A stretch of 64,000 nucleotides of DNA from Calcarisporiella thermophila CBS 279.70 (GCF_041956535.1 NW_027192194.1:93444-157443); one strand, 5' to 3'; numbered from the stretch's first letter, positions 27,625 through 39,268 are shown. Numbers and translations are program-made. The notes: generated by a model from the letters alone, not told the origin.

Positions 27625-30600
27625 ATGCCCACGCTTCCCTTTCTAACGCAGCGTCGTTCACGAACCAACCTAACCCCGGAGCCACAGCCGACAAATCCTA
27701 CATCTTCGCCGCAAATGCCGACACGTCGTATTCCATCCGAGCCGCATTCTCTTGCGCAGCGTGAGAGGCCATTCTCCATGGCAACGGATCACTTTCCTTC
27801 CCCGACGCAACGACCCTTGAATCGGTCTCTTTCGAATGTACCCTCTCATCGAATGACTGTAGATTTTCAGTCACAGATGCCTCAAAATTCCCCTCCAATG
27901 CATACCCATTTTCAAGGCAGGCAGCCGCCCTCTGGTTTGAGAATATCAACCATTCAACCCGATACAATGCTACAAGCATCTCCCGTAGCTATGTCTGCGC
28001 CCGTTGACTTTAGTGGGCAAGGTGGCATGGGATCGGTTCGAAGCTTGCCGTCGATGATTCACAGCCCGGTAATGCAGAAAATGGACGAAGTAGTGGTGCA
28101 GATGCAAGTCTCGCAGGCTGTGATGGATGCTAGCGGATTTGAGATTTTACCGATGGAAGAAGTTGAAGAGTTGAAAAAGGTATTAATTGTGTGCTCAAGA
28201 TATTGACGCCAATTTAGCGGTAATTAATCTTGATATTATTAATATTAATTCTTGCGCGTTATTTTCTATTAGGATTATACAATGCTGTCATCGCGGACAG
28301 CTGCTCTTACAAATCAACTCTCCATTGAAAACAAAATTCGCGAAGCTGCTGTTTCACTCACACAATTGCATGCCAACAATCGTAAACTTCTTAAGCAGGC
28401 TAACGAACAACTAGCAGCAGCTAACCGTAAGGTTGAGCAAGTAACGACAGAGTTAGCGCGTCTAAGCCAGAGAGAAGTAGAGGTTGAACGCAAATTGATG
28501 CAACACGCAGCGGGCGTGTTAAGTATGGGCGTTAGACGACTGGAAGAGCAGGTGCGATCGGGTGGATTTTCGGGGAGCCCAGCCGGTGCAGGGTTTATGG
28601 ATGCAGGAGTTCAACAAGACACGTAAGTGATTATTTATTTTTGCAATTCTCTTTCGATTTTTTTTCTGTTGCTCCCTCGCTAAACTCTCTATGCCCTAAA
28701 CATTCTTATTTTTTAGGAATGACTTGAAACAGAAAATTAAATACCTTAACAATCTGATTGTTCATCTCCAATCAAGCGTCACTGAATCTCAGCAACTGCT
28801 CAAGACGCGCGACCACGAAATCGAAGATCTAAAGATGCAGCTCAAATACTCACACGATCCTGGCTCGGACGAAAAAGAGCGCCTTATTGCTGAATTGCGT
28901 GCCGAATTAGAAGATGTTAGCTCCCAGCTAGATATGTTACATCGAGGGGACACGGATAAAGAGGATGAAGAGCTCAAAATGGAGAATAGCTCACGACTGA
29001 TGGAGCTTCAGTCGACGCTGACCCTCTTGGAGTCCGACCTATCGGGCGCACATAACCGTATCCACGAACTAGAAGAAGAATTGGCCCGAGAGCGTGACAA
29101 AGCGACAATAGCGGCTGCACAGGCCCCCACCGAGGACACCAAGTTTGAAATCGAACGAGTGCAAGCTGAGGCGGAGTTCGAGCGTCGGCAGCGAACCGAG
29201 TTGCAGAGCCGTATTCTAGATCTAGAGAGAGAGTTGGCTTCAGCGCGCAGAGAGCAGCATCCTGCTGCAGCTCTCAGAGACAGCTCCGGAGTCGATATTG
29301 AGGCTCTTCGCACACGCCTCTTTGACGCTGAAGAGGAGCGAGATATGCTGAGCAATCAGTACCACAGCATGTCCGACACACTCCGCTCGCTGTACGCCGA
29401 GCTCCCCGATAATCCGGCCGAAAATAGTATTAATGGAGAGGATTCCTTCAACATGGACGCGCTGGTGAGCCGCATCAGGCGACAGGTCGAAGAAAACCAC
29501 CGTCTGATGGATCGGGTGATGGAGCTGCACTCGAGTGCTGAGGAAGTTGAAGAGAAACAACAGCGCATGCGGCAAGAGCACGAGCATCTGAAGGCGCAGC
29601 TTGAGCGACAGCAGTCTGAACACACTGCCATCCTGGCATCACGCGTCGCTGAACTGGACGCGACAAAGAATCAAGTCACCGGCTTGGAGACACGTCTGTC
29701 ACAGTTGCAAGGGGAACTTAACACCTCTCGGCAGAAGGAGAAGGAAATGTCGGCAGAAATGGAGAAGTTGCGTGAAGAAATGGCACAGGTGGATAGGGAA
29801 CGACACCAATTGCAAGAGGCACTTGCTGGCGCTGCGGCACAGATGTCGGAAGGGGAGTCTGCGCTTGAGCAGCGTTTTGCAGAGTTGGAGAGAGGCTTAC
29901 GCGCCCAAATCAGCGACAGGGAGAGAGATATTAAGCAGTACGAGACCGAGCTGGAGGAGGCGCGCCGGCAGCTCACCGAAAAGAGTGAGGAGTGTGAGAG
30001 ATTGCGGGATCAAACTCAAGAACTGGAAGTCGCTGTGGCAGAGAAATCTCGCACACTGGAGGAACTCCAAGACCAGTCGGCTCGATTGCACGAGGAGCTG
30101 GAGGACACCAAGCGTCAGCATCAAGAACTTAGCGATGAACACGCCGCCGCGATTGCCACCGCCTCTGCCTCCGGCATCGCAAAGACACAACAGGACTTGG
30201 CCCAGGCGCATAAACAAATTGCCCAGCTGAAAGAGGAGATTGAGGGTCTGCGTCAGGATCTATCCGTGGAGCAGGACCAGCAGAAGACGCTTCGCTCCAC
30301 CCTCCAGGTGGCACAGAGGGAGTTTTCGGCACGAGAACAGATACTGGAGAAGCGGTCTGAGACGCTGCGTGAGGAACTTGACTGCGTGCAGAGAGAATTT
30401 GATCGCCTGATGAGCAAATTGACCGACTTCGACGAGGAGCGGGACGAGCTAGAAGACCAGGTCCGTCACCTCAAGGTCAAGGTGAGAGAACTGGAGACAC
30501 AGCTGAACGAGGAACGCGTGAAGCGGGTTCCATCCGGAGATGGGCAGGCCGAGGCGAAAAAGCTGATGGAGGAGTTGCGGCGGGAGTATTCGGCGGCCCT

Positions 30601-30727
30601 TGAGCGAGAAGCAGAGGAAAAGCAGAAACTAGAGCTGGCACTACGACAGGCCAAACGCCAGCGGGAAATGAGTATGCTGACGGATAAGGAGACCAAGGGG
30701 GTACAAACCACGTTTATTAGTGGATAG
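27625..30727 (+). CDS. Uds1 (up-regulated during septation)-domain long coiled-coil protein
   Basis: DASGFEILPMEEVEELKK..LSSR...LSIENKIREAAVSL matches the Uds1 domain, followed by >650 aa of heptad-rich E/Q/R/L sequence. Confidence 0.85.
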
Positions 30728-31389
30728 TGATGATGCACTCTTTTTCCCCTTCTAGCCATTGATATTTGTTTTTTCTTTCTCCATTCATATATTTTTCATT
30801 TTAATAATAATACTCATTTTTTTTTCCTTTTAGCTTTTTGAAAAGTTATGTAAAATGTTATATTTTTTGATTATTTCCTCTACTTCTTTTCGTGATATTT
30901 TTGTTCCTACTTGCCTCTCATTATTATTAATATATATTTGTCGAACAGATTAGTTTTTTTTTTTTGGAAGAAAACGGAAGCATTGAAAATATTATTCTTT
31001 ATTATCTCTCCTGATCGCCTATTCAAACAATTGAATTTGAACAACCCCAAAATCAACTGGGTTCACAAGGCTGTTTTTAACACAAGATACGGTTAATACG
31101 AGTTATTGGGTTTGTCATTCGGTTTGCGCTAACCTACACTTGTTAAGATTCGGTAAAAAGCTTTTGATGATGAGAAGAATGCGTTATAAAAGTATTCGAG
31201 AATTATTTCTCTAGCCTAACGAATTTTTGAAGATATATAAGTAATTGCAGATACATCTGAAACTCAGATGCTCCAATGTCTGCTCAGGCTTGGAATTTCC
31301 CATATTCAATTTATGATATAATAGAATTTAACAATTTTAATATTTTTCTCTTAAACTTTATAGAGATAAAATTCTTTAAAGTTCTTGAC

Positions 31390-31728
31390 ATGCTAAAGTT
31401 AATTGTTCTGTTCTCTGCTCTAACAACCTCGGTTAGCGCCTTTTTGGTCACTTGGGCCACCGGTGGCTGCGTTCTTATTGATTATGGCAAGTGCTTGAAC
31501 ATAGTCGCAGATACACGAGATATAATAGCCTCCGAAGATTCGGCAGGCGGATTCAGCTGTTCAACAGATGATAATGGTAACGGCAGTGTCCTTTGTCGGA
31601 TAAAGAAAGAAACTAAACTTTCGTGTTCCGACCTTCAAAATCGCTGCACCAAATACGGTGGAACCTGGAAACCCAATATGTGCCGCTCTACTAGGAAAGC
31701 TCTTCTAGTAAAGCGCGACCGATGTTGA
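31390..31728 (+). CDS. Small secreted cysteine-rich protein (SSP1, 112 aa, 8 Cys)
   Basis: Signal peptide MLKLIVLFSALTTSVSA. Intronless ORF in AT-rich flanks, mature part with 8 Cys. Confidence 0.7.
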   Translation: MLKLIVLFSALTTSVSAFLVTWATGGCVLIDYGKCLNIVADTRDIIASEDSAGGFSCSTDDNGNGSVLCRIKKETKLSCSDLQNRCTKYGGTWKPNMCRSTRKALLVKRDRC

Positions 31729-31902
31729 ATAAGAAGTAGTGGTAATGTGTACTACGATTTCAATATAAAGGCCTTTTTAGAGACTTAATAAACTATCGCA
31801 AGGGGTCAATCCGCTGTCCTCAGTAATTGAGCTCATGGCAAATATTTCCAATCCATAGTAAACCATATACTGAAGATGTATTAGTAGATTTGCGTTGAGC
31901 AG

Positions 31903-32289
31903 CTAATTGGTGCAGTGCATCTCTGCATCTGGAATCATAAAGCTGAGGGCTCTTATAATGAGAGGATTTATTTCATTTCCATGTAGATAAATATAGTTAT
32001 GATAACTATGCTTCAGGCTCGACACAGTAAATGTAGCCATGTCGTTTAATGCCTTTGAAATCGCAAATTTACTTTCCTTGTACCGTTTGCGTCCAGTTGA
32101 ACCATGTGGCACGGTCTCGCAGAGTTGATTGTCGACTCTAACTAGGGCAACGCAGGTGTCTCCTTCGATCGTCTTTTTTCGTATAAATCCTTCAGGGTAG
32201 CTACAGCGCCAGTACCAAAGCTCGTAAGCTTGTACGGTGATGGCCATTGCGATGCCAACCAAGACAACAAGGTTGCTCTTCAGAAACAT
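31903..32289 (-). CDS. Small secreted protein (SSP2, ~128 aa, 4 Cys; a 3' intron is possible)
   Basis: Signal peptide MFLKSNLVVLVGIAMAITVQA followed by YELWYWRCSYPEG... Confidence 0.6.
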   Translation of the reverse strand: MFLKSNLVVLVGIAMAITVQAYELWYWRCSYPEGFIRKKTIEGDTCVALVRVDNQLCETVPHGSTGRKRYKESKFAISKALNDMATFTVSSLKHSYHNYIYLHGNEINPLIIRALSFMIPDAEMHCTN

Positions 32290-32443
32290 GTTGTATCTAA
32301 ACATTTAAATCTTAATATATTTTGTATACTAAGCGAGAGAGTTATAAGTAGCTGCTGGTGGAGGTTATTGTGTGGACAAGGACGAGGTGCTTATAGAAGA
32401 TGTAAAGTCTTTGTTTTGTCTCGCTTCACTTAATAGTGTATTT

Positions 32444-32571
32444 TATCCACCGAAATCCAACTCTACCTATTATGTGCATTGAACACCTGGCTGGAACGTG
32501 AGTATGATCATATTAAACTGTGCTCGGGATTAGTTTGATCCCCAGGCAATTAATGGCATTGGCTAATGAAA
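32444..32571. repeat. ~130-bp upstream element, copy 1 (paralog of 34741-34869)
   Basis: tatccaccgaaatccaa...tgtgcattgaacacctggctgga...agtttgatccccaggc...ggctaatgaaa aligns colinearly with copy 2. Confidence 0.9.
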
Positions 32572-32601
32572 ATCCAACTCTCTTTCTATGCGTAGAGTTG
32601 T

Positions 32602-33318
32602 AGACGCGCTCCTTTCCAATCGTTTCATTCTCCTCTTCACTATGGTCGAAAAGGAATGAATCAGCTGCCGATATCGGTGGATGAATGATAGGAAGCTTCT
32701 ATAATACTCTTGTTCCTCAGCATTATCTGGCCCATCCTCCTCCTCCTCTCCAATACATATTCTATGCTCTCCTGCGCTCTCTCCTTCAACTTCAATCATT
32801 CAATCGAAACAGATAAAAAAACGTTTAAATATAGTACTCAGAAGGTGAATGCCTCTCGGCCAAATACGAGAGGTGGACTAATAGAGTAAAGGTTTGGGAT
32901 TACAAAGTGCCTACATGAACCCGTAGTTTTTGAATAGGGTGTGTCTGTCCATTAGTTTAAAGCATGGTTAGTGCTTGGGGGAAGGGAGCATCAAATTGGT
33001 TCGAAACACTACGCACCTTTCTCTGCGAAAAAACGATATCCCTGCTTCCTTACTTCTGACCTGGCCAACATGGAAGAGTACTTTGGTTTACGAGATATCG
33101 TGCTCTCACTCCTTTTGATAATGTGCAAGAACAAGCTAGTAGGATAGCAATAATGGCAAAATAAGGAAAAGCTTATTCCCATACCCCTTTGTTTGTTTTA
33201 CTTCTTGGTATATTCCCCCCAAAATTGATAAGCTACATCCCTTAATCCATATACATTCAATCCCTTCGATAATTTCTCCTCATCTCCCCTAGTTCACACT
33301 TCCTTATCCATATACCCC
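32602..33318 (-). pseudogene. Decayed duplicate of the 5' end and promoter of the Myb/U-box gene (paralog of ~37061-37875)
   Basis: Colinear direct repeat with many substitutions. The ATG has become ATA (33096-33098), ~95 bp matching 37629-37723 is deleted, and all sequence 3' of the third exon's start is missing. Confidence 0.88.
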
Positions 33319-33755
33319 TGGTAGAGCCCCTAAAATGAAGGCATTTGGATGAATATCAGTAGACTTCATAGCTGTCAAAAGGCCACAATAAAGTATGTAA
33401 ATATCTGGTCCAATCAACCTCGTGCTCCTCTCTGATTCTTCTTGGAATCTTCTTAAGATGTGGTCTACCTTTGTAACAGTTCAGCAACTGTTAGAAATAC
33501 GATCCCTTAGGATATAAGAAAAGAATCCAAAGAAACAAAACTGTATGACTGAACTGGATTGTAATTTATAAGTAAATAAAAGAAACGAGTATAATATATT
33601 TGTTTCTTTTAATTGCTTTCTCTATTTATATATATAAAGGCAAAGTGTTAACGAAGGTTGTATATAAATTGGTCGGAGCTTGGTCGCGTTACCACTTTAT
33701 TAACCCAGCCAAGGATTAATCAATTCTGAATTTAGAAATTCAAAAATTTCTAAAT

Positions 33756-34568
33756 TCACAAGCACTTCTCTCTCTTAGCTTGGCGTCTACAGTCAGAATC
33801 CATGGGAGAGTTCATTGGGCAACACACTCCACCTGCATAGCACCATTCCCCGGATTTGCAGTCGCTGTCATTAGTGCAACAACCGTTCCATCTCTCTGAA
33901 CATATTCCATCTTTACACCATGTTTCGCACTCGAAGTTCGAGGTGCAATTCCCGCCAACTGGAGCGTAGACACGATCGCCACATTTACCGGAGTTACAGA
34001 CGAGCGCCCCCTCGCATTCAAGAGTCTCCTTACACGCTTCGCCCTTCTTGCGTTTTCCGGTGCACTTTTTGTCATAGCATTGCAAATCACTCAAGCAATC
34101 CGAGCTTGTCTCACACGCCCCGCCATATTTGCGCTTGCACTGAGGGAGACTATTGCCACCGCGATTCGTGTCGTCGCAAGATAAATCTGGGCCGCAATCA
34201 TAGTTATCCTCGCAGATATAGTTCAGCTTCCCAGTCCCATAATTAAGCGCGTAACAAAATATTCCATCACAAGCGTCGCCCTTATCACATCCAGGCATAC
34301 ACTTGCCTCTGCGAACCAAATCTTCAACACATTCCCCACGTATGCAAACTGCGGACCCACTACAATCCGCCGTAGCTTTGCACCTTTCTATACAAACCCC
34401 CTTTTCACAAACAGCAGACCCACGGCAATCCGCCTTAGCTTTGCACTTTTCTATACAAAACCCCTTTTTACAAACAGCAGACTCACGGCAATCCTTCGAG
34501 GTGTTACACGCATAGCCCAAGTGGAATGACGCGATAAGAGCAAAAGCAAAAACGCAATAAACTCTCAT
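33756..34568 (-). CDS. Secreted multi-module cysteine-rich protein (SSP3, 270 aa)
   Basis: Signal peptide MRVYCVFAFALIASFHLGYA. Three tandem 21-aa repeats C-x5-C-x5-C-x4-C plus further related modules. Intronless. Confidence 0.85.
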   Translation of the reverse strand: MRVYCVFAFALIASFHLGYACNTSKDCRESAVCKKGFCIEKCKAKADCRGSAVCEKGVCIERCKATADCSGSAVCIRGECVEDLVRRGKCMPGCDKGDACDGIFCYALNYGTGKLNYICEDNYDCGPDLSCDDTNRGGNSLPQCKRKYGGACETSSDCLSDLQCYDKKCTGKRKKGEACKETLECEGALVCNSGKCGDRVYAPVGGNCTSNFECETWCKDGICSERWNGCCTNDSDCKSGEWCYAGGVCCPMNSPMDSDCRRQAKREKCL

Positions 34569-34740
34569 TTTATCTGATGATTGTGCCAGGCTTTTATCTA
34601 TTGGTGAAATAGACGAGAAAGTACTTGAAATACGGCGATAAGTAGGTGTTGGTGGACGTTATTGCGCGACTCCGTAAGGAAGACGGGCTAAATAGAGTGC
34701 GTAGCTTGTGCTTTGTCTTGGCTTATTGAATAAGCTATTC

Positions 34741-34869
34741 TATCCACTGAAACTCAAATTCCACCTAATTTGTGCATTGAATACCTGGCTGGACCGAGAG
34801 TATGGTCAGATCAAACCGTAACCGGGGTTTAGTTTGATCCCAGGTAGTTAACACCATTAGCCAATGAAA
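34741..34869. repeat. ~130-bp upstream element, copy 2, with nested inverted repeats
   Basis: Contains TACCTGG/CCAGGTA, GACC/GGTC and GATCAAAC/GTTTGATC pairs. Paralog of 32444-32571. Confidence 0.9.
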
Positions 34870-35330
34870 TATATTGAATAAATTGGATAAAAAAAAACTA
34901 CAAACATCGGCATCTTGCTCTCTTTATTTCGATTCAAATGCGACACAAAAAAAATTCTAAATGCTCTCTTTCCAGAAGTGATGGCATGAAATTCGATTAA
35001 ATCTTGTCTATTTGTATTGATTTTCAACGCGATCCAAAAGCGAAACGCAAAATACAAAAAACGTGAATAATTTTACTCGAATAGTCAGAAAGGAGGAAAA
35101 CAAAAACCTGGCGATGCATGATTGAAAACCTTACTGGATAATCCCAATATCGCATTTTTTTTTCTATTGCTGTCGTGATCGATTATTCAATGTATTATTA
35201 GATTTTCTAAAATGATAGGTATTATCTGAAGATGATGCAAACATAATAAGAAGTAATGATAAAGTGAACTAGGAAAATTATGGAAATGAAAATAATACGA
35301 AGTAGGCAAGGGAGATACACAACACGAGTG

Positions 35331-37556
35331 CTAAAGATTAACGATTCTCCCTCTGTACTCTTCAATGTTGTCATGGGTCAGCAAGATTAGGTCGCGCTTG
35401 GTCAGCGGCTGTTTTGTCATCGGGCACGTATTCTTCGTAGCGCCTTCGGTTGTCAAGCAGCGAATCCAGGTATCATATCTACAACGAGGGATCGAGGCAT
35501 CCAAGAGGAAAATGTAGAAAAAAATCATGGATGAAAAACGGAAAAAAATAAAAAATCCAAGAACATTACCCCATCACATGCCCATATTTACACATGGCAG
35601 GCTTTTCAACCACATCCAGCGTGATTGGGTCGATGAACTCAGGCAGCGGGTTTTCGTCCCAGACGATCTCTTCCTCCTGCTTTCCAGGTTGCTCTCTCTC
35701 CTGCACAGCTTCGAAATCACTGGCTGCCAACGGGATATTCGCCATTTTGGTGGTGGCGCGGGTCCGAGTACGTTTGGAGGTGGCCCAACTTCGAATGACA
35801 AACTCGCCCGAGTCGTCGCCAAACTCCTCGTCCTCGGAGACGTCGTCATCGTCAGAAGAATCGCGCCGATCCCATCCCCGCTTTCTCCTCTTCGCTTTCG
35901 ATTTCGCTCCCTGAGTGGTGTTTCGTGTTCTCGTCTGCCTCGTTGTAGTGGCCACCGCGGCAGAAGCGGCAGCGGAAGATGAAGTGTAGGGCGTTGCCGT
36001 GCCGTGCTTACGATGCGTACGAAATACCTTTTCTTCTTTACCAGTGGTAGGGTTCTTGGACGAGAAAAGATAGTGCGCCTTTCCGCGCTCATCAAGCACA
36101 TAGTTGGGGTCTTTAACACGGCCACTCTCTACAAGCAAGCGGTAGAAATTCGAACACTAACCAAGCATTATTGAATCAGAAGCGAGTGATGTATGGGTGA
36201 TGGTATTCTGCATAAGCAATTGGATCTCTTTCTGCTTCAAAGGAAATAAGGGAACGACTGCCATACCTGATATCCAACACGACCCGGTATCCCCATTGCA
36301 AAAATCCCCCACTGCCCATTCGCCCCTATCTCAGCCAGTCGCTTGAAAAAAATTCGCTCCTCCTCCGGAGTCCACTGCCCTTTTCGCTGAACTTCTCCGG
36401 GAGCATTGAACCTGTAATAGTACGAGTTTGGATTCTTGTCGCGTTGGTCCCACGCTCGGATACGGGCCTGGGACCAACCCTCAAAGGCTTTTTGCGGATC
36501 TTTCGAGTTGCGTGCTTGCAAAATCGCATCATCAAGAGCAAGTCGACTAGACATCCGATATTGGCTACCGAGGAATAAGTTCCTGATGAGTAATTTTTCG
36601 ATATCACGAATTTTCTTTTTTCTTTTTTCTACTTTTTCACGGTTTCAGCTGTGGTTTTCTTAAGTGTCTCGGATCGCTTTCTTAATAGAAGCTGGTACGC
36701 CTCGCGCTGCTCATTTGTCATTCCACCTAGCGCCATGCCAATAAGCACCTCCAAAATAGGTCACAATTGCACTTACTGATCACTTACTACTCTCCTTCTC
36801 CGTGAAACGCGTTGCAATGCCTCGTCGTACCTCTGCTAAATACCCCCATCCTGTAAACTTCACGATGGCCTCCTCTTCATCGCCGTCGCACTCCTCCAAC
36901 ACATAATCCATCTCCTCCTCAACGAGATAGTCGAACATGGCTTTGATTTTGCGATATTTACGCTGCTTTTCGCGCTGCTCGAAAGCCTGGAACTTGCGCT
37001 GCTGTAGGGCAATTCGCTTCTGAATGATCTCATGGTCCTGTTCGTTGAGATCGGCATGGAAGACGCGCTCCTTTCGAATCGTTTCGATCTCCTCTTCTCT
37101 ACGGTTGAAAAGGAATGTATCAGCTGCGGATATCGATGGATGAACGATAGGAAACCACTATAATACTCTTGCTCTTCAGCAATATCCGGCTTGTCCTCCT
37201 CTTCCTCCAGAACATCTTCCATGTTCTCCTGCGCTCTCTCCCTTAATTTCAACTATTCAACCGAAACAGAGATAAAAAAAAGTCTAAAACAGTACTCAGA
37301 AGGTGAAGAGCTCTCGGCTAAATACCAGAAGTGGACTAATGGGGTAAATGTTTGGAATTACAAGGTGCCTCCATGAGCCCGTAATTTTTGAAGAGGGTGC
37401 GTCTGTCCAATAATATAAGGTGTTATCAGTGTTCAGGGGAGGGGAGCATCAAATTGGTTTGAAACTCTACGCACTTTTCTCTGTAAAAAAACGCGATGCC
37501 TGCTTCCTTACTTCTGACCCGGTCAACATGGAAGAGTACCTTAGTTTATGAGACAT
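35331..37556 (-). CDS. Myb/SANT-like plus C-terminal U-box/RING-like protein with N-terminal CUE-like helical region
   Basis: KGQWTPEEERIFF...GQWGIFAMGIPGRVGYQ|CSNFYR is a Myb repeat. NPLPEFIDPITLDVVEKPAMCKYGHVMG|YDTWIRCL...CPMTKQPL is U-box-like. KAMFDYL..EEMDYVLEECDGDEEEAIVKF is CUE-like. Confidence 0.8.
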
Positions 37557-37932
37557 TGTGTTCTCACTCCTTTTGATGATGAGCAAGAACAAGCTAGTAG
37601 GATAGCGATAGTGGCAAAATAAGGAAAACCTGTCGGAATTAGAGTTTGTAACCTAACCTACACCGGTATCCGATTGACAGAAATCAAGGGATCAGCGGAG
37701 AAAAAAAAAACGTGGTCCTTGTTCTTATTCCCGTACTCCTTTGTTTGTTTTACTTCTTGGTATATTCCCCCCCAAAAATTTGAAAAGCTACATCCTTTAA
37801 ATCCATATACCTTCAATCCCTTCGATAATTTCTCCTCATCGCCCCTAGTTTCGCCCTCCCTAATCCATTTACCTCCTCAAAATACCCTATGTTTTCGTTT
37901 CACTCCCTCATCCTATTAATAATACCGTATTG

Positions 37933-38760
37933 ATGCCCGCCAATATCACCAATACGTCATTACCCCCATCCCGCACTACCACCAAACATCTCAAACCCTG
38001 CAAGTCCACCGGCGATCTCGCGGCATACCGCCATGTAATCGCTCAATTGACCGCCAATGCGCCTAAACCTTACGGGACGATTCCACCACTTAAAAAGCGC
38101 AAAAAGAAGAAAGCCAAGGATGAAGACGCCCATCGTCAAGTGCAGTTGGACGGCATCACTGCGCCGCTTGCGGTTTCCATCCCCCCCGGCACAGACACCA
38201 ACGATGAAGACACAAGGTCATCGCCACCAACTCCTCCCAAGTCCAAACGATTGCAGGTGGATGATGTGATTAATGTCGCGCCATTTGACATCACATGTGT
38301 CCCTGGTACTACAGCCCCGCTAAGCATCAAGCTGAAATCCATCAGTCTCTTCAGTCATTTTTTTGCACCCCCGCTGGATATGCTGTCTTCTCGCCCCCCG
38401 ACTCCTGCCAATGGCTGCAAAATGAAAGTCCTTGACACCGCACAAGCGTTGATCACGCGACTTGAGGATGCCCGAAATATCCTGCGCAAGCACTTCCCGG
38501 ATCGCCTTATCGGGCCTGAGCTGAAGCATCCCACCGCACGCCCACTTCAACGCCTGCTCTGCTACGATCCCTCGGTGCGTGATGTTAGATCCAATCCGAA
38601 TTTTTTGCGAATGATGGCAGGGGAGCTGAATATGATCCGGGCCCACAAGTTGGCATCCCCCCTCCGACCGCGAGCCTTGCTCCCCAAACGGCGCGATGGA
38701 TACTGCAAGGGTAGGCCGTCCAAACGAAGAGAGGCCATTATATTTGATGATGAGCCATGA
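37933..38760 (+). CDS. Uncharacterised basic protein (intronless)
   Basis: 275-aa ORF with NLS-like KKRKKKK and a structured-looking C-terminal block NPNFLRMMAGELNMIRAHKLASPLRPR. Confidence 0.7.
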   Translation: MPANITNTSLPPSRTTTKHLKPCKSTGDLAAYRHVIAQLTANAPKPYGTIPPLKKRKKKKAKDEDAHRQVQLDGITAPLAVSIPPGTDTNDEDTRSSPPTPPKSKRLQVDDVINVAPFDITCVPGTTAPLSIKLKSISLFSHFFAPPLDMLSSRPPTPANGCKMKVLDTAQALITRLEDARNILRKHFPDRLIGPELKHPTARPLQRLLCYDPSVRDVRSNPNFLRMMAGELNMIRAHKLASPLRPRALLPKRRDGYCKGRPSKRREAIIFDDEP

Positions 38761-39268
38761 TTCATACCTGCCTTCACTACGTCTCTACTACCACTTGAGA
38801 TCCATCGAGCTTGTGTTTTGTGATATACAGCAATATTGTGTTTGAATTTTTTATATACCCTTGATTGTTTTTTTTTTACGTTTCGTGTTTAGTTTCTTCT
38901 TCTTGTTTTCACAGTTTTCCTTTCTTCTTCTTAACCAAAATTTTTCTTAGGTTGCTTTGCAGGGAACCCGCTATTTATAGGCGAGATATCCATACTTCTT
39001 AGCCTAGTTCGCCATTGATACTCCAGATGGCCCTGATTTTTCTTGAGCACCCTGCACGCAACTTATGTTTTATAGATGCATATATACACACTTTTAAAAA
39101 TATTTTCTTTCTATCTTGTCACAAGGGTTGCTTTCTTGTGGTTTTGTATATTTTTGAATGGATGCCCGCTTTTCCTTTATTTTTTGGAAAGGTCGATTTC
39201 ACTATAAATAGAAAAGATATCTTTTCATTACACCTCTTCTCCTGCGATTATACCAGTACAAAAAAAAA

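Noticed and set aside
34741-34869. Duplicated element as 5S rRNA or a hammerhead ribozyme
   Set aside because: Only short words (GATCAA, TGACCATAC, CAGGT) match 5S, with the wrong spacing, and there is no CUGANGA/GAAA hammerhead core.
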